DNA from: Lepidodermella squamata
Taxonomy: Eukaryota; Animalia; Gastrotricha
Length of the DNA: 64,000 nucleotides
NCBI GenBank assembly: GCA_047495785.1
Contig: JBLDXI010000040.1
Span: 248,001 to 312,000, forward strand
Reading direction: 5' to 3'
The position numbers were made by a program, and so were the translations under genes. Below, in pieces: positions 34,354 through 45,367 of this stretch (the first letter of the stretch is position 1; every line of letters begins with the position of its first letter). The notes under the pieces are model-generated. The model saw only the letters and a list, made by a program, of their open reading frames with translations, was not told where the DNA came from and searched no databases.

Positions 34354-35319
34354 TTACATTATTCGACAGTCGAAGCCCGAGTTTGAGTTGGACGCTTCGG
34401 ACTTGGTTTTCTCCCACACTGAGATTGAGCTTGACCCCGAGTCGGGTGAATCGAGTTCCGCGTCCTCAATTGACATATTATCCTGCGAGATATCAGCGTC
34501 CGCATACATCCCGGGAACAGTCGAGAATTCCGAGTAAGGTATGTCACTCAAATCCAATCCAACCCTTCCAATCGCCCGCAAGCGATCCTCGCGGATTTTC
34601 TTAAGCAGCGCGGCCCTTTTTTCTTGATTCTCCCTCATTGGCCTTCTCACACCCTCCCAGATTGCTTCGAACAGCGTCGCGAAGTTGTAACCAACATTGG
34701 CATTGTAGCCGCAATGGACCCCGACAACGACCGAGCCAACGTAGACTGGGCCGCCTGATGAGCCCGCATGCGTTTGCGCCGTGTACAAAACAGTTGGATA
34801 ATCAACTTCGCCAATTGTTCCGCTAGAAATACGACTGACCAACCTCGCATGCGAAGGCTTTATGTAAGGATAGCCGACCACGTCGACGGCTGCGCTAACA
34901 ATAGGAATGGCGGCCCGGCTTCCAGGGCGAGCCAAAGGGCAATGGGTGATGCCCAGCCTTTGCAGTAATTTCCACTTTTTCTCGCCCAATTCGATGACAG
35001 TGACATCGAGATCGCGTAAACCGAAGAAGAATCGGCCATGCTTCCCGATTTTCACTGTCACTTTGTTAGGTCCCAGAAGGTGTTGGTGAAATGAGATGGT
35101 AAATTTACTGCCCTTTCCAAGCGCTATGGGCGCTCCATCGCCGCCAATTACGTGGTAATTGGTCAGAAGGTAAGTCTTGGGTTCAATCACAACAATGAAA
35201 CCAGTCGCGGTAAATTTACTGCCTGGAATTTGACAAATCGCATGATCAGACCACGGTGAACCACGTTCTAATGGTTCGGCTTCTGAGCCAGCGTTGCATC
35301 GTGGTTGCTCACTTGCCAT
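34354..35319 (-). CDS. Trypsin-like serine protease, paralog D, with a C-terminal CaaX-like box
   Basis: ATG at 35319 (MASEQPRC). Triad LTNYHVIG, DLDVTVIEL, THAGSSGGPV, followed by VVGVHCG. Ends CRIM-stop. Confidence 0.88.
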   Translation of the reverse strand: MASEQPRCNAGSEAEPLERGSPWSDHAICQIPGSKFTATGFIVVIEPKTYLLTNYHVIGGDGAPIALGKGSKFTISFHQHLLGPNKVTVKIGKHGRFFFGLRDLDVTVIELGEKKWKLLQRLGITHCPLARPGSRAAIPIVSAAVDVVGYPYIKPSHARLVSRISSGTIGEVDYPTVLYTAQTHAGSSGGPVYVGSVVVGVHCGYNANVGYNFATLFEAIWEGVRRPMRENQEKRAALLKKIREDRLRAIGRVGLDLSDIPYSEFSTVPGMYADADISQDNMSIEDAELDSPDSGSSSISVWEKTKSEASNSNSGFDCRIM

Positions 35320-36018
35320 TTCAGGTTCAATGAAAAGTTTAAAAATAAAATTCACAACGATAAGCAAGTCTTCGTTAGGTGTAGAAGTGGATAATTTTTC
35401 CTATTTTATCAACGTGTAAGCCGTGGTGACTCATCGCTCGTCGACACGAAGTTCTGCCGCAAGTGAAAGATCGTGGTCTAGTGCCCAAGGCAACGCGGTC
35501 GAATGAGGCGTGTTATATTCAGCTCAATCTGTGTGAGCCACACAAAAGATCTCCGGGACATCCATTGATGATCAGACACTCATGATTCTATAAAGGTCAC
35601 TATAGCTGGCGACGTAATAAGCGAGAAACCGAAAATAATATGGAAGCAGTAAGGATTTTTCGACAACCCCTGTTTCACATACTTCTTCATTCATTTTTTG
35701 CGGCTTTTTTTGCTATGATTCATCTTTAATAAAACTTTATATACACGACGCATTTTACGACGTTATACAGTGATTTAAACGTTCGCGTGTATACAAACTT
35801 CATGAGTATTTCTAAAAAACTAGCTGAAACTTACACCCATTGCTACATTATAGCGTGGTAAAGCTATACATACCCAATGTAACACTCGGTGCGTGAATCA
35901 TTCAAGCTGTTAGAAGATCGATCATGCAAAAATGGGGTTCGAAAATCATATATTTATTACTGATCCAAAGTTCCCATCCTTACTACTTATTGATTTCATG
36001 TTATTCAATGGGGCTGCT

Positions 36019-37284
36019 TCACAAAACTGCCAGCTCAGATTGTAACCAGGTATGTGGGCATGAATCGATAAAGTTTATGCGACGTAGGTGCGAATTCAAA
36101 GCAGCCGGTCTTTCACTGAAATCAGACCAGTCGAACTGAAATTGAGCTGGATCAATCGTGGTATTCCGTTGAGGAAATTCTGAATCACAATATTCAGGCC
36201 TATATTGTGATTCAGCCATCGAGTAGCAAATTCCTCTTCTCAGGACCAATGTCAAATTATCGCCTAATTTTTCGTGTTGGTACGTCCAATGGACCGTGAC
36301 ATGAGGCTCAACGGCCAAATGCTTTGCCGGATCAATACCAGCCTCTTTGAATCCAGAAACTTGGCCTAGAATAACGCCCGACCAGCCAGGTTGCTCCTCG
36401 GCAATAATCCAATAATATTCATTCCGCAGCTCGTTCCACATGATTGCACACATAATGCTAAACTCGCTGTAATCATCGAGTTCAATGAGCCGTTGAAATA
36501 ATTCGTCAAAGCTCGAAAAGTTTCGAAATCTCTGGCCGACTTTGATCATTCTTTCCCGAAATAATTTCAGATGAGCTGTTTTCAGCACCACAGGGAAATA
36601 GGACATGCAGTTGAAGGGCTCTGAAAATGAAGTGAAAATATTGTGAAATTTCTGGAAATTTAACCAACCTTTATAGCCGCTAAATTGATATGTTTTAAGA
36701 GGAGAGGTTCGCCAGTATAACGAGTCATCCTTTGGTTTCCCGAAAACCGGTCTAACAATCGGTTTCCCATCGCGAAATAAGTCGTAAAGTGTGACTCTCG
36801 ATATGAAAACTGCATCCGTATCGGCCATCGCGATAAATTCCGATTTTGTGAAGTTATCGATCCAAAACTTCATCCACTGCGATTTATGCCAACCATAAGA
36901 ATCACGAGGACCAGTTATCGGCCCGACTAAGTCAAGGTTGAACTCAATCGATTGCCCCAAAGCTTGCAGAGTGGTTTTCTCGAACTCATCAGCGTAATAG
37001 CTTGCATTTTCTCGTTCAGAATCGGACAAAATTCGTAATTTAAGGGCGTTCCTAGGCCAAAATATGGCCAAGGACCGAAGGAAGTAATCGCGGTATTCAA
37101 CGAAACTTTCCTCAGCCGAACCAGCAGGTACAATAATTTCAATGTCAGGCCATGGGTGAAGGATATTCAAGCAATTATCTCGGTTCTCGCTTGGAAGAAA
37201 TGATTGATAAAATAAATACAGTAGAATGGAACATAGCCAAAGGATTAATGCAAAAAATCTTTGCTTTTTGCATATTTTCAGCAT
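36019..37284 (-). CDS. Type II membrane GT-A-fold glycosyltransferase-like protein
   Basis: N-terminal TM (FFALILWLCSILLYLFY) and DXD motif (KFWIDNFTKSEFIAMADTDAVF). Probable 48-nt in-frame GT-AG intron at 36668-36621. Confidence 0.7.
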   Translation of the reverse strand: MLKICKKQRFFALILWLCSILLYLFYQSFLPSENRDNCLNILHPWPDIEIIVPAGSAEESFVEYRDYFLRSLAIFWPRNALKLRILSDSERENASYYADEFEKTTLQALGQSIEFNLDLVGPITGPRDSYGWHKSQWMKFWIDNFTKSEFIAMADTDAVFISRVTLYDLFRDGKPIVRPVFGKPKDDSLYWRTSPLKTYQFSGYKGWLNFQKFHNIFTSFSEPFNCMSYFPVVLKTAHLKLFRERMIKVGQRFRNFSSFDELFQRLIELDDYSEFSIMCAIMWNELRNEYYWIIAEEQPGWSGVILGQVSGFKEAGIDPAKHLAVEPHVTVHWTYQHEKLGDNLTLVLRRGICYSMAESQYRPEYCDSEFPQRNTTIDPAQFQFDWSDFSERPAALNSHLRRINFIDSCPHTWLQSELAVL

Positions 37285-37489
37285 TGAAAAAAATCTTCAA
37301 TGATGCGTTATGGTTTCTCTAAGCATATTCTCAATCAGCTTCATCAATACACCCTAAATTTCCATTGGATTATATGAAAAGGCGCTTTTATTGATGTAAA
37401 TAGGCAAAACTTCAGGTGACTCTGAGGCATTCAAAATAAATCCTTTTGAGATTCAAAAACCGTAGAACGAAAAGACGAAAAAGTCGAAT

Positions 37490-39761
37490 TCAAAAGAACG
37501 GATTTTTGTACGGCTTCAAAGCTGGGTAAATGCCGAACATGCAAACTGGTGTTAACACAACTAAAATGCCGTAAATAACCGCAATAAGTCTCTCGATGAC
37601 CAACGCAGTGAATTGCCACCTCAATTGCCGTAGATCCAGAGGCTTCGGAGTGTCCAGAAAGTCTGTATGTTCCGTTTGACTCCGGCCTAGGAAGTTGCTT
37701 TGGCTCTTCCTCGCCTTTTTGTTTCTCGTCCCCATTCGACTTTGGCGTTTAGGTTTATGAGGCTCGACTTTGACCCCATCCAAATGCTCATCAGCGTATT
37801 TATCGAACAGCGAATTGTATTTAATTTCTGTGGAATAATCTGCGGTGTAATCCTGGCTTAGTGGCTTATGATGATGGTGGTTATGATGCTCGTCATCGCT
37901 ATCGTCATCGCTGTCATCCGGCTCGTGATCTGGCGGGCGGTGTTCAATGAGAAGCAACTTAGCAACGAATTCGATGGTTCGCATCATCCAGGGTGGGATT
38001 TGACGCTTGTGGTGCTCATTTATGCCTCGTTCGTCAATGTTTTCCATGGCGAAGAATGCCATTCCTTCACCAAGCTAGAAAAAAATGAATATTTATTAAC
38101 ATTTATTAAGAAAAAACGTAGTTCCTATTTGTGCATGTGGGTATATATTTCAACTATTTTTATAAATCTTTACAAATTGAAGTATTTTCGAAGCATTTTT
38201 GGCTAGAGTTAGGGTTAGGGTTAGGGTTAGGTTTAGGTTTAGGGTTCGGGTTAAGGTTAGAGTTAGGGTTATGGTCAAGGTCAAGGTTAGGGTTAGGGCT
38301 AGTTCCTGGGGTTAGTAGGATTGGGTTTAGGGTTAGGAAACGAAAATGTTCTTGTAATTTCGAGCTTTGAACAAACCATTGAGAACGCAATGTATCCCAT
38401 CTGTAGATCGATGTATATGGACAGAAGGGGAATGTGATCGCTAGATTTCGGCATATCTCCGATAACCATGACTTGAAACACCGAATAAGCCAGCAAACAA
38501 GTAAAGGAAATCTGAACTTTTTCAATATCGCCGAGTGGCAACGTGAACGCGGCCATGTGTGCCAAGGCAATCAGCAAGCTCGGTATAATGACATTCATCC
38601 TTGGACATTTCAAAAATTAAATAATTTGGTAAGCAGTATATTTCCTGATTTACTTACATGTAATACATTACTTTACGTCTAATAGTAATGTAGAATTCAA
38701 CGTGATCGAACGAATTCCATGGTTCCAGGTAGGAATAGTCCTGTTTGGCTTGTGACGTGGCCACCAAATCCCATTGTTCGTTAACAGTAAAATACTTCAA
38801 CGTTACATTGTTTGCAAATTGGAACGTCATGTATTCCCTCGTATATCGCCAACTAGATAAATCGGATTAAGATGCAGTATAGTAAAATAAATTTACGTCT
38901 CACCTTTCCAACTTCAGGGCGCAAGTTTGCGTGTCAAAGGGGAACCTATAAATTGCCGAGAAACACGTTAACTCAGCACTAAATTGAAAATTCAGTTTAC
39001 ATGGTTAGATCGTAGTCGCAGTAGATAGCGAAAGTTCCGCCCGGGCTGAAATAGGCCTGTCCGTTAGAATAAACACGAACTTTCTCACCCTCCATCCGCA
39101 TTAATTGATATCGCCCCTCGGAATTCATCTATTAAAAACAGAAAAAAGCAGAAAAAATATATTCCGATTGATAGAAAATCCGAACTCACCTGAGCAACAT
39201 CTGGTACCCAAATTTCTTCCGCTGGTAAAACTGCACGTATAAAATTGAGGCTGAAGCGTCGAATTGACGAGCAAATGATGACTCACCAACGTAATCAACG
39301 CAGTTGTAAGGATAGTCATTGACCCACACTCGAAACTCATCCATCCATCTCTTCAAAATTCACGAGAAAATTTTGAATAGCATACAGAGAAGTCTGGATC
39401 TTACCACGCCAATGTAACCAGAAATCTTCATAACTCTATCTCGCTCGACCTGTTTACTCCATGAAAATCAGCGCTCTGAATGAGTATGGTGACTTACGAC
39501 ATCGTTGACCTGCGATAGGACGAAAGTGAGTTTCACGATAACAGTTTCGCTGGAATTTAATTTCGGACGTTCCCATCTATTGTAGGGTTGGAAATACTTC
39601 ATATTGACATCGTGGTCGGACGCTTTGCCATCGACATTGCCTCGGCAAGCTGGTGGCCGTGGTTTTGGCGCCGGTAGAGGCACATTCACCTCAGCAGCGC
39701 CATTGGAGATTCCATTGGAGAAAAATAGCAAAAGCGAAAATCCGACATGGTTGCTGATCAT
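37490..39761 (-). CDS. nAChR-like Cys-loop channel subunit (non-alpha type), copy 1, 9 exons
   Basis: Signal peptide; YNRWERP, WMDE and IWVPD; Cys-loop CDYDLTMFPFDTQTC; RRKVMYY; M1-M2 FTLPLGDIEKVQISFTCLLAYSVF; M4 WQFTALVIERL. No vicinal Cys in loop C. Confidence 0.92.
38209..38337 (+). repeat. Degenerate (TTAGGG)n telomere-like tract inside the last intron of nAChR copy 1
   Basis: About 21 hexamer units, many of them perfect TTAGGG. Confidence 0.85.
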
Positions 39762-41059
39762 TTTGATCGCGCAGAATATCTAGAGCTGGAAAACTGTTAG
39801 TTTTTACAGTCTAGAAAACGGTTTTTTATTGAGACTAATTTTATTGCGTCAATAAATCGAAGCATCACCCCGGGGCAGACTAGAAACAACACTGTTGTAT
39901 ATACTAATAGGGGGCAATCTAATGACATGCGATCATCTATTGATCGCGACGTATTTGCTTATCAAGTGTGTGCTTGTGCGACATCGACTTCCAGCGGGCA
40001 GAAATGCATGTCGCGGCACTCTACAGTTGAAGATCAGTCTTCGCGGAGTGCGATTTTCGACCGCTATATTAAGATTTCTGGCTATTTACTGTAAATGACA
40101 TAGCCCGGAGGCATTCGAGATTCTCAAAAAATTAACCTGAATAATTTATGATTTGGAAGGTTCGCCTTGGCAATCATAAACAACGGATAAGCCCTAAGCC
40201 CCCATTCTTAAGGCGTGTCCTAATTATGTGCTAAATTAGCCCGGTTAAGCCTTCAAATACGGGAATGTGTAGCGAAGATTCATCTTACCGCTGACAGTTA
40301 ACAAGGGAAAGTGGGGTCTAGCGTATTTTCTGTATTTTCCAGCAAATGGCAAACAGGTGTATTGACTTGAAGAGGGGCCATTCTGGCATTCCTAGATTTT
40401 CCAACCCAGTTTTTCTTGAGAATTTTCAATTTTCAAAATGATTTTCCACTATTGCGATAGGAGAAAATTAACCGATTTTTGAAAAAAACTGGCGAAAATA
40501 TGTGCTGACATGATTACGGGTCGAAACCAAAGTGTACTTCGCCTGTTTTAGTGAAGTCTTTCCAACCTTCAGTACCTTGAGAACCCAAAAATACGAGGTT
40601 AAACCATGAAAATACCAATCATGGAAGTGAAAAGGCCGGGTGTCCACAACAACGAGAGCTCATCTACCTATGTCCCCAGCGGCAGCTGTCACCATTTTAC
40701 GTTCACTGTAGCGATAATCCATTGTAGCCACTTTTTCACTATATCGATAGTAGCTAAATCCCCATTCCCCATAGTACTCTAGAGGAAGCTAAATATAGTA
40801 ATTCACGCACCAGCGAGTCCGTCCACTATAGCGAAAATCCACCATAAGAGGTATTCACTGTGTCTCGGTTTTCTACTGTATTAAATCAAGATAATTTTAG
40901 GATCTAAATATCTACGCTACTGCACAGTTGAAGTCGCAAACTGCACATTTTCGGCCTAGTCTTTATTAATGCGCTCAAAAAGGGGCATGGAAACGAACGC
41001 AAGCTGCTGAAAGTATTACATTGCCTGGGACGGCCTCTAGAATACGTCCAATTCTCCGC

Positions 41060-41270
41060 GCACGGCCTTGAGTCTGAACAACCCAACATCCGGAAAATCG
41101 GATAATTACGTCTCGCCATTCATTTATTCGAATAAAATCGATCAAAAGAAAATCGTAATAGAAATAATCAATTGAAATTAGGCGTAAGCGAAATCTGTTA
41201 AGTCTGATTAGCCTCAAAAATAGCTTGGGTATGACGCAATGCTCGGCGCAACAGGAAAAGATACAATCGC
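41060..41270 (-). pseudogene. Duplicated last codons and 3' UTR of the 45368-46489 ankyrin gene
   Basis: Encodes IVSFPVAPSIASYPSYF* versus IVSVPVAPSIASYSSEF*; downstream DNA aligns with 45230-45425. Confidence 0.85.
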
Positions 41271-41829
41271 CCAGACCGGCATTTGCACTGCAGAACAACG
41301 CCGAACACAGGGGTTGAAAATGTCTGCCGAACAAAGGGTGAAATCGAATTGTACTGACTTTTTCGGGCTTTTATGCAAATTTGTTCGTCCTTGTTCGGAA
41401 TTCTTCAAGGAAAATAACTACGGCCAAAAAAATAAAAATTTGCGAAGGCTGTGGGAGTTGAACCATCGTCTAGATTATTATTTTTAGCTCATTTTTCCAG
41501 TCTAATTAGCTGGGACGGGCCTTATTAGATTAAATTTGGCTGTATGCGAAGGTTCTAAAAAGCCGCTAAAAACCTTGAAATTTTTTACAGTGTAATAATT
41601 GAGAGAATAAATTTTAATACCAAGTAATACCACACTTCTTTGAGTTAGCAGACAGGCTATGCTGCCAATCAAAAACATGATTTCACCCAGATCTTGCTGG
41701 AGCTGACAAGGTAATAATTTAGCATCTTTAGCAAATAACTTCGCTTCGAATTTTTTATTAGATCACTAGAACAATGTTCTAAAATAATGACAAGGCAGAA
41801 AAGCTCAAATCCAATCGTGCAGCTTGCCA

Positions 41830-41930
41830 GAAACGCTGATATCGCAAAGCTTGTTACTATAGAGAGCAGCAAAACGATTGGAACTATATCAAAAGCTTTG
41901 GACAGGTCGAGATTTGTATAGAGCAACATG
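41830..41930 (-). mobile_element. Short reverse transcriptase relic (CR1/L2-like)
   Basis: LDLSKAFDIVP..LLL motif. Confidence 0.55.
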
Positions 41931-42379
41931 GGCACATCACATCTAATATTCTTTGATCGAGAAATTCTAGCCAAGGAAAATCTATAGCCATCCTGAGATA
42001 CATTATGCAATTGCGATTCACAACTTCAGCGACATACGAATCATTGATGTTCCGATATCAAGTAATTCCTTTATAGGTACATTGATGAAGGATATTCAAG
42101 CAATTATATTGTCGTATTTTCACGGGAAATGTTGCAAGAGGATGCAGAATTGAACATGACGGCAAATATTTGTGTTTTTTTGCATATTTTCAGCATCGGA
42201 GAACAACACAATGAAGACAACAACACAACTCTGGCTATGAAATTTCTGAATGATAAATAACGATTTTAGTTCAAGAGCTAGAAAAAAGCACTTTAATTGT
42301 GAAAAGGCTCGAGAGATTCTCAACCATAGTTCAACAACTCGAAAAACTCCAAGCTCAAATCGATATTAGGGAATGGTTA

Positions 42380-44691
42380 TTAGAAGAACGGATTTTTGTA
42401 TGGGTTTAAAGCTGGGTAAATGACGAACATGCAAGTTGGCGTTAAGACGACTAAAATGCCGTAAATAACCGCAATAAGTCTCTCGATGACCAACGCAGTG
42501 AATTGCCACCTCAATTGCCTTAGATCCAGTGGGTTCGGGGTGTCCAGGAAGTCCGTATGTTCCGCCTGACTCCGGCTTAGGAAATTGCTTTGATTCTTCC
42601 TCGCTTTCTTGTTTCTTGTCTCCATTCGACTTTGACGCTTAGGTTTATGAGGCTCGACTTTGACTCCATTCAAATATTCATCAGGGCATTTATCAAAAAT
42701 CGAATAGTATTTGATGCCGGTCGAATAATCTGCGATGTCTTGGCTTGGTGGCTCTCTATAGCTATGACGCTCGTCATCGCTCTCGTCATCACTATCATCC
42801 GTTTCGCGAGTTGGCGGGTGGTGTCCGATGAGAAGGAGCTTAGCAACGCATTCGATGATTCTCATCATCCAGGGTGGGATTTGGCGCTTGTGGTGCTCAT
42901 TTATGCCTCGTTCGTCAATGTTTTCCATAGCGAAGAAGGCCATTCCCTCACCAAGCTGATAAAAAATATTAGTAAATATCTCAAAATACAATTTGCGCAA
43001 CCATTGTCTGTTTTTCAAACTTTGTGAGGGAAATGATTTTGAAAAATTGTGATTGAGAGATACAATTCCATCCTTTATTCGCGATTTTACCCAAAAAATT
43101 CATATATTAACCAGAGAAATCCCGTAAAAACCCGATGGTAACTGGTTCAGCACGATGTCAGACAATTATAACTAACCATAGAGAACGCAATGTATCCCAT
43201 CTGTAGATCGATGTATATGGACAGGAGGGGAATGTGATCGCTGGATTTCGGCATATCTCCAATAACCATGACTTGAAACACCGAATAAGCCAGTAAACAA
43301 GTGAAGGAGATCTGAACTTTCTCAATATCACCGATTGGCAACGTGAACGCGGCCATGTGTGCTAAGGCAATCAGCATACTCGGAATGATAACATTCATCC
43401 TTAACCAATTTCGAACAGTCAGTTATATTATAGTAGGTATAAATAGCTCTTACATGTAATACATTACTTTACGTCTAATAGTAATGTAGAATTCAACGTG
43501 ATCGAATGAGTTCCATGGTTCCAGGTAGGAATAGTCGCGTATTGCTTGTGACGTGGCTACGAGATCCCATTGTTCGTTAACAGTAAAATACTTCAACGTG
43601 AAATTGTTTGCAAATTGAAACGTCATGTAATCTCTCGTGTATCGCCAGCTAAAAGAATCGGATTAAAATGTAGAAATGTTTCAAAGATTAATGTCCCACC
43701 TTTCCAACTTCAGGGCGCAAGTTTGCGTGTCAAATGGGAACCTATAAATTGCCGAAATACATAACTTTTGCTCTAAAACTTTAATTTTAATTTACATTGT
43801 TAGATCGTAGTCGCAAAAGATAGCAAACGTTCCGCCCGGGCTAAAATAGGCTTGTCCGTTGGAATAGACGCGGACCTTTTCGCCGTCCATCCGCATTAAT
43901 TGATATCGCCCCTCTGAATTCATCTGTACAAAGCAAAAATGAAGTGAAACGCAAAAAAATCGGACAATTTTAGAAACATTTTGGGAAAATGAGCATTCTA
44001 GCGTTCATCTGGTCTTATTATGATGATTTGATGATTAAATCTAGGGGAATAAATATATTCTATATGTGATTTTAGACATTCATTATCATTGATTTCGAAC
44101 TCACTTGAGCGACATCTGGTACCCAAATGTCTTCTGCTGGTAGAACTAAATATTGAAAATTACGGTTAATGCTTACAATTTAGGAGGAACCATGGAAGAA
44201 CCGAATGCTCACCAACGTAATCAACGCAATTGAAAGGATAGTCGTTTTCCCATACTCGAAACTCATCCATCCATCTCTTCAGAAATTCCAGCAAACATTT
44301 GAAAAAGCAAATCCTTGAATCAAAATCTTACCACCCCGATGTATCCAGAAATCTTCATACCTCTGTCTCGTTCAACCTGATGTTTAACCCAGCATGAGTT
44401 ACTAAAAGGAATATTACATTAACATTGTACGCTTACGACATCGTTGACCTGAGAAAGGACGAAAGTGAGCTTTACAACAACAGTTTCGCTCGAATTCAAC
44501 CTAGGCCGTTCCCATTTGTTGTAGGGTTGGAAATACTTCATATTGACATCGTGGTCGGACGCTTTGCCGTCAACATTGCCTCGGCAAGCTGCTGGCCGTG
44601 GTTTCGGCGCTGGTAGAGGCACATCCACCTCGGGTGCGCCGTTGATTCCGATAAAGAAAAACAGCAAAAATCCGAAAACAATGCTCGTCAT
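42380..44691 (-). CDS. nAChR-like Cys-loop channel subunit, copy 2, 9 exons
   Basis: Same exon structure and near-identical protein to copy 1; introns have diverged. Confidence 0.92.
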
Positions 44692-45367
44692 TTCGATCTT
44701 GCTGGATAGAGCTGTAAAGCTGTTTTTACGGTTCCAAAATGTTTACTTGATAATTTTTATATCGAGGAATTTAAGCTAATTATGAACAAGTTTAAACTAA
44801 TTTTAGTATTTTTTTGAACGGTTTGCCAGATGACAAAGCGATGAGGACATTTTTGCCGGAAAATAACCGGCAACTTTTAAGCGCGCATTTTGCTGAATAT
44901 TTGCCTTTTTCCTTGATTAACCCTGAAACCAATTTTTCGGCCACCCCTGATGGCTATCCGGTTCAAAGATCTTGATTCTTGATATAAAAATCTTAAAAAG
45001 ACGGAAATTTTGCCAAGCCCCACTTTTCTCTTGTTAGTGGACAAACTACGTTGTTCCAAAAACGCCTTGATCTAAATAGTAGAGAAAGATGACTTTGAAG
45101 AATATTTTCTGTGCCTCTATGAATCAGTGAAATGTTCGTCTTTTTATGGATGGAAACGAGGTTACAGATGACTTCTATTTAGGTGCTCCTCGTATAATTC
45201 CGAAAGGCTAAGCCCAATTCAGCACGTGACCTGGCCTTAACAACCCAACATCCGGATAATTGCATCTTGCCAGATTCATTTTTACAATAAAATCAATCAA
45301 AAACAATCGTAATAGACATAATCAATTGGAATTAAGCGTAAGCAAAATCTAAGAAGTTTGATTGGCT

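Noticed and set aside
22769-35319. Reading the protease array as a prokaryotic defence operon or contaminant
   Set aside because: It is interleaved with a spliceosomal-intron gene and eukaryotic transposons. Ancient horizontal origin remains untested.
35470-35545. A-box-like GTGGTCTAGTG suggesting a tRNA or SINE
   Set aside because: No convincing B-box or cloverleaf.
38131-38570. ORFs with LGLGLG or NPNPNP runs
   Set aside because: Translations of the intronic TTAGGG tract.
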